64,000 nt of DNA. Origin: Kiritimatiellia bacterium (GTDB lineage Bacteria; Verrucomicrobiota; Kiritimatiellia; RFP12; JBMNHG01). The stretch spans positions 310,001 to 374,000 of the forward strand of contig JBMNHG010000003.1 of NCBI GenBank assembly GCA_050950285.1, written 5' to 3'. This document shows, one piece after another, positions 10,491 through 20,273 of this stretch. The translations under genes were made by a program, and so were the position numbers. The notes under the pieces are model-generated. The model made no database searches. It saw only the letters and a program-made list of their open reading frames with translations, and was not told the DNA's origin. Each line of letters starts with the position of its first letter. The first letter of the stretch is position 1.

Positions 10491-11495
10491 CTATGCCCGG
10501 GACGGATCGCCAATGGACGAGACGAAGAGCGCCTTTATCGTATGCATCCGGTTCTCGGCTTCGTCAAAGACTTTTGAGCAGGGCGAGAGGAAGACCTCGT
10601 CGGAGACCTCGAGCGCGCCGCATTCGCGCGTGATGTCCGTCCGGTTGTCGTGGAAGGAGGGCAGGCAGTGGAGGAAGGCGAGTTCGTCCAGCGGGCGCCC
10701 CGTGGCCTCCAGCAACTCCATGTTCACCTGGTAGGGCGAAAGGAGGCGCAGGCGTTCGGCCTTTTGCGCCTCTTCGCCCATCGAGACCCACACGTCGGTG
10801 TAGAGCACGTGCGCGCCTTCGACGCCCTTCTTCGGATCGTTCACGACGGAGACGGTGGAGCCATGGGTGGCGGCGATGCCGCGGGCGGTGTCCACGAGCG
10901 TTTCGTCGGGCATGAGTTCGGGCGGGGTGCAATTCACGTAGTCGACCCCCGCCTTGGCGCACCCCATCATGAGGGAGTTGGCAACGTTGTTGCGGCCGTC
11001 GCCCACGAAGGCCAGGCGGATTCCCTTGAACGTTCCGTAGCGCTCGCGCACCGTGAGCAGGTCGGCGAGGACCTGCGTGGGGTGGCTGTAGTCGGTGAGG
11101 CCGTTCCACACGGGGACGCCGGCGCAGCGGGCAAGGGTTTCGACCGTGGACTGCTTGAAGCCGCGGAAGAGGATGCCGTCGAAGAGGCGGCCGAGCACCT
11201 TGGCGGTGTCCTCGACCGACTCCTTCACGCCGAGGTGGATGTCGCCGCTGGAGAGGTATTCGGTATGGCCGCCTTCGTCGAGGGCGGCGATGGCCGACGC
11301 GGTGCGCGTGCGGGTGGAGTGCTTCTCGAAGATGAGGGCGATGTTGCGGCGCTTGAGCAGATTGCCGCGTACGCCGGAGGCACGGCGCTCCTTGAGCGCG
11401 GCGGCGAGGTCGATCAACTCCATCATTTCGGCGTCGCTGAAGGAGTTCATCGTGAGGAGCGAACGGCCGCGGAGGGCAGGATTCCAAGTTGGCAT
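10491..11495 (-). CDS. argF: ornithine carbamoyltransferase
   Basis: STRTR, WNGLTD..HPTQ, GDGRNN, DVWVSMGEE, HCLP, EAENRMHT. Confidence 0.95.
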   Translation of the reverse strand: MPTWNPALRGRSLLTMNSFSDAEMMELIDLAAALKERRASGVRGNLLKRRNIALIFEKHSTRTRTASAIAALDEGGHTEYLSSGDIHLGVKESVEDTAKVLGRLFDGILFRGFKQSTVETLARCAGVPVWNGLTDYSHPTQVLADLLTVRERYGTFKGIRLAFVGDGRNNVANSLMMGCAKAGVDYVNCTPPELMPDETLVDTARGIAATHGSTVSVVNDPKKGVEGAHVLYTDVWVSMGEEAQKAERLRLLSPYQVNMELLEATGRPLDELAFLHCLPSFHDNRTDITRECGALEVSDEVFLSPCSKVFDEAENRMHTIKALFVSSIGDPSRA

Positions 11496-11688
11496 GGGAG
11501 GATTCCTTTTGGATTGGAACTGAAATCATATCATATGGAACCGGCGGAGCGGAAGCGGAAAACGCATCGCCGTGCGTTTTGAATTGCGCGGCATGGATTT
11601 TCGGGATATTCTGGAGGAATGATCCACTTGGGTTTGCAGGGTTGCGCTTGCGGATCCATGTTTCGTTCCCTGTATCCCCCGTACCGAA

Positions 11689-14600
11689 ATGAGGTCTCCG
11701 ATGAGCGTTTCCACGAAAGTCGCTTCGCTGATGGGTTGCGCCGCCGTCCTGATGGCGGCCGTCGCCGTCCGCGCCGCCACCCCGGCCGAATTGTCCGGCA
11801 TCCCCGGCCTGGCCCTCTGGCTCGACGCCTCCGACGTCAACGCCGACGGGACCGTCCCCGCCGACGGCGCCGTCATGGGCTCCTGGACCGACAAGGCCCA
11901 GGGCATCGTCTTCAACGTGCACGGCGACACCTGGCGCCGCCCCACCTACGCCCGGGGCACGCTGAACGGCCTCGGCTCGGTGCGCTTCGCCCGCCCCTCC
12001 GCCAACCAGGCCCAGTACCTGGAAGCGAACGCGGCCGCCATCGCGCAGCTGCTGGACTTCACCAACACCTTCTTCGTGGTGGCCCGTTCCACCGGTGGCT
12101 CCGGCGACAACAACACGCAGCTTTCCTCGTACATCTTCGCCCGTCCCGGCTGGCATTCCGGGCTGTCGTTCAACGGCTACCCCACTTCGACTTCCATCGA
12201 CTACATCCGCTGGACGGATGAAACGCGCTCGTCCCTGAACGGCACCGTCCCCTACACGCAGGGCGACTTCGCGCTGATCACGCGCACCGTTTCCGGCTCC
12301 ACGGCGTCCGTCCCCTCGGCCTTCTCGCTCCAGCAGGGAGACGGCGCGCCGTCGGCGGCATCGAACAGCTACGCCCTCTGGAACCACGGCGGCAACGCCA
12401 ACATCCTCCGGATCGGCTGCGCCTTCGTCGAGGGCGACTACACCGGCGGCCTCGCCGGCGACATCTGCGAGATTCTCGCCTTCAACCGCGCCCTCTCCCC
12501 GCAGGAGCAGCAGACGGTGAGGCTCTATCTGGCCCAGCACTGGGGCATGGGCGCCTTTACCGTGTCCAACCTGGCGGGCGGCGAGGAGGCGACCGCCTCG
12601 ACGACCGTCCGCATCGCCAACATCCCGGACATCGGCTCCTACACGGATTGCCAGTTCGCGACCTCCGACAACCCGGCGGGCCTCGACCCCGACGGCTGGA
12701 TCCCGGCGGCCGACGCCGTCGGATCCACCTTCACGGCGGCCGGCACCTTTGCCGACGGCGACATCCTCACCGTCTATGCCTTCCTCCGCAACGCCGGAAG
12801 CGGCGTGACGAACGTCGTCTCCGATTCCATCGTCTACTCCGCCGCCCCTCCCGCGGCCGTGGCCCGCGACATCACCGTGATGCTCGGCAAGGACGGCACG
12901 CGCACCCTTTCGGCGGCCGACGTCGATGGCGGTTCGCATGACACCATCGGCCTCGCCGGCATGGGCGTCTCGCCCTCCCTCCTGACCGCCGCCGGCACCG
13001 CGCAGGTGACCTTGGCCGTCACGAACCAGGCCGGCAGCGCCGCCTCCGCCATCGCGACCGTCACCGTCATTCCCTACGCGCCCAGCACCGTCGGGCACGG
13101 CGGCGACCCCATCCCGCTCCCCCGGGGCTATTTCACCCGCCTCCTCCACCTTGGCGCCAACTTCAACGACCACTACCTCAACACCGCCGCCGGCATCGGC
13201 GACATCGACACCGACCAGCTCGCGGACTTCGGCGGCGAAGCGAACCAGCGTCCTCGCGACGGCCTCGCCTACGACAGCGTCCCCGGCGCCACCACGGGCG
13301 GCCCGCTCGCCTGGACGCTCATGGACTGCCCGCGCGCGGGCGGCCAGTGGGAGCCCACCGAAGGCCGCGACAACTACATCAAGTACTGGCACCTCTACAT
13401 CAACGTGCCCGGCGATGCGGCGCGCGACGTGTACTACCGCCACTACAACGACGACGCCCTGCGCATCTGGAACAACGGCACGCTCATGGTCGCCCACGGC
13501 GGCGCAGGCGGCGAGTTCGCCACCCAGGGCGTCCTCTACCCCGGCCTGAACTCCGTCACCATCAAGCTCCAGGAAGGCGGCGGCGGCGACTACATGAGAC
13601 TGCGCATCACCGACCTCGGCGGCAGCTACTTCGACGACCTGACCTGCCAGTTCGTCCCCTGCCAGTTCCAGGTGGCCGATCCCGTGACCGGCAGCAAGGC
13701 CTTCACCGGCACGAACGTGCTGGACGTCGTCGGCATCGTGCCCCTGGATCCCGGCGCGGAGTACCAGTTCTCCGCTTCGACCAACTCCGCCGCGCTTTCC
13801 GACGATGCCTGGGCCTATTTCGACGTCGTGAACCCGCCCGCCAAGGCCGTTCTTGCCGGCGAGCTTCCCGAAGGCATGATGTCCGTGACGCTCTGGACGC
13901 GCACGTGGGACAACGGGACCCCCGTGGTGAAGGCCGCCGCCTCCCACCCCATCACCCACACCTCCGTCGCGCCCGTGGCCGTGGCGCGCGACGTCACCCT
14001 GGCGATCGATCGTACCGGCCGCCGCTTCCTCGTCGGCTCGGACATCGACTTCGGCTCGTCCGATCCCTCCGGCATCTTCTCCCTGGCGGTCTCGCCCGAG
14101 GCCGTCTACGAGGGCGAAAACGAAGTCACGCTCACCGTCACGGGCAACTCCGGCCTCCGCTCCACCGCCACCTGCACCGTCACCGGCGTGAAGGTCGCGA
14201 AGCCCGCGGCGGGCGAAACGCCCGAACTGCCCGTCACGGACGGCCTGGACGCCTGGTTCAAGGGCGAATACCTCGATATCATCGGCCTCTCGGAGGGCGC
14301 CCCCATCCCCGCGATGCACGACTTCTCGGGCAACAACCACCACATGTGGCGCTGGACCGACGACGCCCGCTACATCCCGACCACGCACAAGAAGGCCGTC
14401 AACGGCCATACCGCCTACCGCTTCACCGGCAGCGCCGTGATGCAGAACGGCGGCATCCCTCCCGGCGCGCAAGTCACCGTCTTCTTCGTGGCCAAGGGCA
14501 GCGCCTACCAGTCGATGTGCCGCTGGCAGGACGGCGGCGGCTTCCTCATCTACCCGTGGGCGGAGAACGAACTCCTCATCAACGACAAGAACGGCTCCAT

Positions 14601-17600
14601 CGAGGCAGGCCCCAACGCAGGCGCGGAAACCGGCCTTGTCAAGGACCGCTGGAACATCGCCACCGCCGTGATCCTGCCCGGCGTCGCCAACGGGGTGCGC
14701 ACCTACCGCAACGGCGCGCTGGTCGACGCCTCCACCTGGAACAACGCCATCGGCGGCCCGAACCGCCTGATGCTCGGCGCCTACCAGCTCGACGGGGAAT
14801 TCGCCAGCTGCGACCTCGCGGAAATGCTCGTCTACACCCGCGCCCTTTCGGACCCGGAGCGCGTCGCCGTGCAGGACTACCTCCGGGAGAAGTACGCCCT
14901 CGGCGGCTGCTTCGCCGTGGCCGACCCCGTGACCGGCAGCACCTTCTTCACCTCGTCCTCCACCGTGCGCGTCGCCTCCGTCTCCGACCTCGTGCCGACG
15001 GGCGCCGACGTCCAGTTCTCCGCCTCGGACGACCCCGCGCAGCTCGACCCCGCCGCCTGGATCTACGTCGACGCCGAGAACCCGCCCTCCGACGCCACCG
15101 TCTCCTTCGACGCGCCCGCCTCCGGCACGGAGGTCACCCTCTACCAATGGGTCCGCACCTTCGACAACGGACAGCCCGTCTACACGGCTTCCCCCGCGGC
15201 GATCACCTACTACACCGGCGCCCCGACCGCCCGCGCCAAGGACATCGCCATCGCCATCGACACGACCTCCGGCACGGCGATCACCCCCGAGATGATCGAC
15301 GACGGCTCGTTCGACGCCACGGCCGGCATCGCCTCGATGGGCGTCTCGCCGGCGATCGTCTACGGGGCCGGCGCCGTCACGCTCACCGTCGTGAACCAGG
15401 CGGGCGTCGCGGACACCGCCACGGCGTACGTCTCCGCATCCGCCACCCTCGACGCCCACGTCTCGCCCGCCGGCGACGACGCGTCCGGCGCCGGCACCCT
15501 CGCCAGCCCCTGGCGCTCCATCACGCACGCGGCCACGAACGTCGTCGCGGGCGGCACGGTCTACATCGCCCCCGGCACCTACACGGCCGGCAGCGGCGAG
15601 AGCTATCCGGTCAACGGATCGAACCTCGCCTTCCGCCGCGAGCCCGGCACCGGGGACGAAATCGTCGTGGATGCCGACAGCGCCGCGAACCACCTCTTCG
15701 TCGTGGACGGTTCCGCCACCCTCGAGCTCGAGGGCCTCACCCTCTCCGGCTCCCTGGGCGCCGCGATCCTCGCCGCCCACGGATCCGAGACCCCCGCCAC
15801 CGTCACGGCCGCGGACTGCGCCTTCGAGCAGCCCGTCGCCCACATGCAGTGGGAGTGGGACGGCGCCGTCTCCGCCTTCAACGGCTCCACGCTGGACTTC
15901 ACCCGCTGCACCTTCACCCGCATCAGCCGCCACTCCGTCATCCGGGCCGTCGGCGCCACCCGGCTCACCCTCGACCACTGCCTCTTCGAGGGCAACACGA
16001 ACATCTTCGCCACCATCGCCATGCAGACCGCCCCCGCCGCCCGCGTCACGATGACGGACACCGTCTTCCGCCACAACTGGGCGACGGACGGCTTCCCGCA
16101 CGACGGCGCCTACTCGGCCGTGATCTACCTCGCCGGCAACCACGAGAACCGCGCGGCGATGACCATCGACCGCTGCACCTTCATCGAAAACGAGGGCGGC
16201 ACCCTCTTCGGCCTCGGCTACACCTCCGACGGCGCCTACCGGATCCAGAACTCGCTCTTCGTGGACAACATCGCCCACGAAGGCGAATTCCACGGCTTCT
16301 GCGAACAGCGCGTGGACGTCGTGAACTGCACCTTCCTCCGCGAGACCGGCGGCTTCTCCACCCGGTACATCAACATCCGCATCGCGAACTCGATCATCGC
16401 GGACACCGGAGCCCTCACCTTCACCGCGCCGCTCGACCCCGGCCGCACCGGCTTCCCGCAGGGCCTCCTCCTCAAGGACACCCTCGTGTGGAACACCCCC
16501 GACGGCGAGGGCTACAACACCGCGAGCTCCGGCATCATCCGCGAAAACCCGGTCTTCGAGAACGCCGGCGGAGCCTTCGACGCCGAGGGCTTCGACGCCC
16601 GCCCGCGCCCCTATTCGCCCGCCATCGACGCCGGTTCCGGGGAATTCGTCGATACCGCCCTCGACTATGCCGGAAACGCCCGCATCGCGGACAACGACGG
16701 CGACTACGTGCCGGCTCCCGACCTCGGCGCCTTCGAGTCGACCTTCCATGCCGCGCCCTCGCCCGCCTTCACGGTGCCCGTCCCCGGCAAGCTCGCCGGC
16801 TACCGCGGCATCGCCTACGCGATTCCCGTGACGATCTGTCCGAAGCCCACCAACGCCGTCTCCGCCGCCGTCTCCTACGACGTGGGCCTCGAAGGCGACG
16901 CCACGCTCGACTTCCCCGCCGGCAGCGGCGCCGCCACCCTCCACTTCACCGTGCGGAGCGCCCCGCCCGTCGACTTCGCCCGCATCTCGATCGCCGAATC
17001 TGGCACCGGAACGGGTGTCCTGCCCGCCGTGTTCGACGTCTTCATCGACGACCTCACGCTGACCGTCGGCGGCGAGACCCGCTTCTTCGTCCCGCAAGGC
17101 GAGACGCTCGACATCCCCGTGGCCCTCGCCCTCGATGGCGCCACCGCGCCCGGCAACGTCGCCATCACGACCGGCGCGCCTTCCGGCACGGGTTCGAACG
17201 CCATCTCCTGGCAGGGCGACGCCTTCATCCCCGACGGCGCCCATGCCTCGACCGGATTCCTCCGCATCGTCGGCGGCCTCGGCGAGAACACCGTCACCCT
17301 CTCCAGCAGCGGGCTCTTCGCCGAGACGGGCGACAACGAAGTCGTGCTCGCCTTCGTGGGCTACCCCGGCTGGCTCGCCGTCGATCCCGCGAACGGCGAC
17401 GACGCGACGGGCCTCGGCACCGTCGAGCGCCCGCTCCACACGGTCTCCTTCGCCCTGTCCGTCGTCCGCGACGGCAAGGAGGTCCGCCTCCTCCCCGGCA
17501 CCTACACCGCCGGGACCGAGACCTTCCCCTGGCGCCCCGGCTCCGTCTCCCTCTCGGGCTGGAATCCCGCCGGCGAGACCGATCCCGCCGCACAGGTCGT

Positions 17601-18780
17601 GACCGGTTCCAACACCGTCGAGACCCTCGCCATCGTCCGCCTGGCCAATGCGCGCCTCGCCAACCTCTCGGTCCGGAACACCACCTCCGTCCCGATCCTC
17701 GCCGAAGCGGCCACCCTCGCCCTGGAGGACATGGACTTCACGCAGGACACCGAGAACTTCGACGCGATCGGCGCCGTCGCCATCCGCGACGACTCGAAGC
17801 TCGCCATCACCCGCTGCACCTTCCACGACATGCGCCGCTTCGGCGCCGTGGTCGTGCTGGCCTCCGCCTACAACACCGCGAACGCCATCACCGCCGCGGA
17901 CTGCACGTGGAAGGACCTCGTGAGCCGTTGCGCCGCCGTCGTCTCCATGAACGGGGCCGGCGCCAACAACCTCTACGCGAACTTCCACTTCACCGGATGC
18001 GTCTTCGACAACGCCGACTCCACGGGCTACTACTACGACGACTCCTACTCCGCCGCCGCCATCTACTGCCGCGTCGGCGGAACCATCCATGCCGACCGCT
18101 GCCGGTTCATCGGCTGCGACAAGGGCACCCTCTTCGCCATCAACTATGCCCAGGACTGCCAGATCAGCAACTCGCTGATCGCGGGATGCGACAACAACGC
18201 CGGCATCTTCGACGGCACCTGCAACGCGAAGGCCGTCCTCCGCAACTGCACCGTCACCGGATGCGCCGGCGGCTTCAACTGCTGCGACGTGACGACCTGG
18301 ATCTACAACTCGATCCTCGCCGGCAACGGCGCGGTGAGCTTCCAGCGGGCCAATCCGGAAGGCGTCTACGACCACGGCGAACACTTCTTCAAACACATCT
18401 ACGTGAACGACACGATCGTGTGGGACACCCCGACCGGCATCGACGACTTCCGCTATTCCTACTGGGACGGCTCGCAGACGGTCTGGGTCACGAACACCCT
18501 CGCCGAACTGGGCTCGAACATCCTTCGCGTGGATCCGATCCTCCGCGGCGGCCTCTCCTACGTGGCGGGCGGCACCTCGCTCGACGGCCTCGACGCCCGC
18601 CTCCGCGCGAGCAGCCCGGCGATCGACGCCGGCCGGAACGCGAACGCCGCGGGCGCCCTCGACCTCGACGGCGGCCCGCGCCTCAAGATCGGCCTCCCGC
18701 GCAATGCCGACCCCATCGTCGACCTCGGATGCCACGAGTCGGATCGCGTCGCCTTCGGCACCCTCTTCATCCTGAGGTAA
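11689..18780 (+). CDS. very large secreted modular protein (two LamG-like, PA14-like, Ig/HYR-like repeats, two beta-helix/DUF1565 regions, choice-of-anchor-Q-like ends)
   Basis: 2363-aa ORF with GC3-rich codon use; signal peptide (start could be 11701); LWLDASD / GDICEILAFNRALS and LAEMLVYTRALS; VSPAGDD..G.GT...PWRSI; SPAIDAG...DLG(A/C)(F/H)ES twice. Confidence 0.85.
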   Translation: MRSPMSVSTKVASLMGCAAVLMAAVAVRAATPAELSGIPGLALWLDASDVNADGTVPADGAVMGSWTDKAQGIVFNVHGDTWRRPTYARGTLNGLGSVRFARPSANQAQYLEANAAAIAQLLDFTNTFFVVARSTGGSGDNNTQLSSYIFARPGWHSGLSFNGYPTSTSIDYIRWTDETRSSLNGTVPYTQGDFALITRTVSGSTASVPSAFSLQQGDGAPSAASNSYALWNHGGNANILRIGCAFVEGDYTGGLAGDICEILAFNRALSPQEQQTVRLYLAQHWGMGAFTVSNLAGGEEATASTTVRIANIPDIGSYTDCQFATSDNPAGLDPDGWIPAADAVGSTFTAAGTFADGDILTVYAFLRNAGSGVTNVVSDSIVYSAAPPAAVARDITVMLGKDGTRTLSAADVDGGSHDTIGLAGMGVSPSLLTAAGTAQVTLAVTNQAGSAASAIATVTVIPYAPSTVGHGGDPIPLPRGYFTRLLHLGANFNDHYLNTAAGIGDIDTDQLADFGGEANQRPRDGLAYDSVPGATTGGPLAWTLMDCPRAGGQWEPTEGRDNYIKYWHLYINVPGDAARDVYYRHYNDDALRIWNNGTLMVAHGGAGGEFATQGVLYPGLNSVTIKLQEGGGGDYMRLRITDLGGSYFDDLTCQFVPCQFQVADPVTGSKAFTGTNVLDVVGIVPLDPGAEYQFSASTNSAALSDDAWAYFDVVNPPAKAVLAGELPEGMMSVTLWTRTWDNGTPVVKAAASHPITHTSVAPVAVARDVTLAIDRTGRRFLVGSDIDFGSSDPSGIFSLAVSPEAVYEGENEVTLTVTGNSGLRSTATCTVTGVKVAKPAAGETPELPVTDGLDAWFKGEYLDIIGLSEGAPIPAMHDFSGNNHHMWRWTDDARYIPTTHKKAVNGHTAYRFTGSAVMQNGGIPPGAQVTVFFVAKGSAYQSMCRWQDGGGFLIYPWAENELLINDKNGSIEAGPNAGAETGLVKDRWNIATAVILPGVANGVRTYRNGALVDASTWNNAIGGPNRLMLGAYQLDGEFASCDLAEMLVYTRALSDPERVAVQDYLREKYALGGCFAVADPVTGSTFFTSSSTVRVASVSDLVPTGADVQFSASDDPAQLDPAAWIYVDAENPPSDATVSFDAPASGTEVTLYQWVRTFDNGQPVYTASPAAITYYTGAPTARAKDIAIAIDTTSGTAITPEMIDDGSFDATAGIASMGVSPAIVYGAGAVTLTVVNQAGVADTATAYVSASATLDAHVSPAGDDASGAGTLASPWRSITHAATNVVAGGTVYIAPGTYTAGSGESYPVNGSNLAFRREPGTGDEIVVDADSAANHLFVVDGSATLELEGLTLSGSLGAAILAAHGSETPATVTAADCAFEQPVAHMQWEWDGAVSAFNGSTLDFTRCTFTRISRHSVIRAVGATRLTLDHCLFEGNTNIFATIAMQTAPAARVTMTDTVFRHNWATDGFPHDGAYSAVIYLAGNHENRAAMTIDRCTFIENEGGTLFGLGYTSDGAYRIQNSLFVDNIAHEGEFHGFCEQRVDVVNCTFLRETGGFSTRYINIRIANSIIADTGALTFTAPLDPGRTGFPQGLLLKDTLVWNTPDGEGYNTASSGIIRENPVFENAGGAFDAEGFDARPRPYSPAIDAGSGEFVDTALDYAGNARIADNDGDYVPAPDLGAFESTFHAAPSPAFTVPVPGKLAGYRGIAYAIPVTICPKPTNAVSAAVSYDVGLEGDATLDFPAGSGAATLHFTVRSAPPVDFARISIAESGTGTGVLPAVFDVFIDDLTLTVGGETRFFVPQGETLDIPVALALDGATAPGNVAITTGAPSGTGSNAISWQGDAFIPDGAHASTGFLRIVGGLGENTVTLSSSGLFAETGDNEVVLAFVGYPGWLAVDPANGDDATGLGTVERPLHTVSFALSVVRDGKEVRLLPGTYTAGTETFPWRPGSVSLSGWNPAGETDPAAQVVTGSNTVETLAIVRLANARLANLSVRNTTSVPILAEAATLALEDMDFTQDTENFDAIGAVAIRDDSKLAITRCTFHDMRRFGAVVVLASAYNTANAITAADCTWKDLVSRCAAVVSMNGAGANNLYANFHFTGCVFDNADSTGYYYDDSYSAAAIYCRVGGTIHADRCRFIGCDKGTLFAINYAQDCQISNSLIAGCDNNAGIFDGTCNAKAVLRNCTVTGCAGGFNCCDVTTWIYNSILAGNGAVSFQRANPEGVYDHGEHFFKHIYVNDTIVWDTPTGIDDFRYSYWDGSQTVWVTNTLAELGSNILRVDPILRGGLSYVAGGTSLDGLDARLRASSPAIDAGRNANAAGALDLDGGPRLKIGLPRNADPIVDLGCHESDRVAFGTLFILR

Positions 18781-18800
18781 ACCCCGTCCGCCCCCCTGGG

Positions 18801-18841
18801 GAAAGCGGCGCGCCGCGGATTTCGCGGCGCGCCGCTTTTTC
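18801..18841. terminator. bidirectional intrinsic terminator
   Basis: Perfect 16-bp stem AAAGCGGCGCGCCGCG / CGCGGCGCGCCGCTTT with 5-nt loop and T tail, between convergent genes. Confidence 0.85.
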
Positions 18842-18850
18842 GAAGTCCGG

Positions 18851-20203
18851 CTAGAGCGAGACGTCCCGGACGGCGCCCAGGATTTCCACGGCGCCGTAGC
18901 CGGTGACGTTCTCGAAGCGGACGCCCCGGATGGGATGGGAGGGATCGTGGGACTCCAGGCGGACGGGAGGGGCGGGGACGCACGGGGGGAGATGGATGTC
19001 GCGCAGGGTGATGCCGGCGGCCGTGCCCGCGTCCGGCACCCGGAAGAAGACGGTGAGGGGCATGGTCTTCACGACCAGGAAGATGTCCCACGGATCGAGT
19101 TCGTGGAAGCGGAGGTCCTCGAAGAGGATGGCCTCGAACCGCTGGTTGTTGGAGGGCTGGATGGTGATGGCCGTGTTGGCCCAGTAGCTCGTGGTTTCGG
19201 ACGGTTCGAGGGTGGTGTGGAGGATGTCGATGTCGCGGAAGACGAGGTTCCGGACGAGCGCGGGCGGGGGATCGCATTCGTAGCCGATGCGGAAGATGTT
19301 GGCGACGTCGGTCCACAGCGCGCAGCGTTCCACCAGCAGATCCTCGCACCACCACTTCGGGGCGATGCAGTCGTCCTGGCAGCGGACGAAGCAGTCGCGC
19401 ACGACGGTGCCCCGGGCGCGGCAGACGTCGATGCCGTCGTCGTTGATGACGCGCCCGCCGAGGATGGCGACGTTCTCGATGGCGACGTTCTCCGTGCCAT
19501 CGAGGACGAGCGTCCAGCACCACGCCGAAAGCAGGGTCACGTCCCGCACCGCGAGGTTTCGCCCGCGGAGGGAGACCATGTGGCCCATGCGCCTTCCGCC
19601 GTCCGGGCACAAGGGGCCTTGCTGCCAGGGCCAGGGGATGCCGCTCACGATGCCGCGGCCGCAGATGACGGCATTGTCCCCCTCCACCCGCACCGCGCCT
19701 TCCAGCACGGCGCCCCCGGCGAGGTAGAGGGTTTGGCCGGGGCCCACCACGGTCAGGTCGCGGCGGTGGAGGCCGGGGCCCACGTAGATCACGTCCGGAT
19801 CCCCTTCCCGGGGGGCGTCCGCGGCCTCGGGGGTGCGCACGGCGAGGACGAGGGCGCGGTGGCGGCCGTCGGCCTCCAAGACGGCCGTGCAAGGGGCGCG
19901 GAGGAGGAAGGAGGCGCGTTTCGCGCCGCGGACCGCGACGGGGACGCCGAGGCGTTCGGGCCAGACGCGCGGCCGGCGCAAGGCGAGGGAGTCCGAAAGG
20001 ATTTCGATCTCGACCGTCGTTTCACGTCCTTCGGGGGCGGTGAAGGAGGCGAATGCGTAGGGGAAGCGTTGTTCCTCCGCGATCCGTTCTTCGGGGACGG
20101 GGACCTCGAGAACGTCGAGGTCGAGGCCGTCCGCCCGGACGGCGTAATCACGAGACGTGGCGATGCCTTCGGGGAGGGGTGCAGCGGAAATGCCGGGATT
20201 CAT
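18851..20203 (-). CDS. GH28-like (pectin-lyase fold) glycoside hydrolase
   Basis: YLAGGAVLEG, ICGRGIVSG, INDDGIDVC, CQDDCIAPK beta-helix motifs. Confidence 0.75.
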   Translation of the reverse strand: MNPGISAAPLPEGIATSRDYAVRADGLDLDVLEVPVPEERIAEEQRFPYAFASFTAPEGRETTVEIEILSDSLALRRPRVWPERLGVPVAVRGAKRASFLLRAPCTAVLEADGRHRALVLAVRTPEAADAPREGDPDVIYVGPGLHRRDLTVVGPGQTLYLAGGAVLEGAVRVEGDNAVICGRGIVSGIPWPWQQGPLCPDGGRRMGHMVSLRGRNLAVRDVTLLSAWCWTLVLDGTENVAIENVAILGGRVINDDGIDVCRARGTVVRDCFVRCQDDCIAPKWWCEDLLVERCALWTDVANIFRIGYECDPPPALVRNLVFRDIDILHTTLEPSETTSYWANTAITIQPSNNQRFEAILFEDLRFHELDPWDIFLVVKTMPLTVFFRVPDAGTAAGITLRDIHLPPCVPAPPVRLESHDPSHPIRGVRFENVTGYGAVEILGAVRDVSL

Positions 20204-20273
20204 GGTGATGGAGCGCCTCCTTCTCCGGCGGGGAAGATGTCCGCGTGGGCCGGTGTCCCGCCGTCGATTCCCG

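Noticed and set aside
10564..18735. 2723-aa minus-strand ORF and 1835-aa plus-strand alternate-frame ORF
   Set aside because: Stop-free shadow frames typical of high-GC coding DNA; no recognisable motifs, and they overlap argF and the giant surface protein
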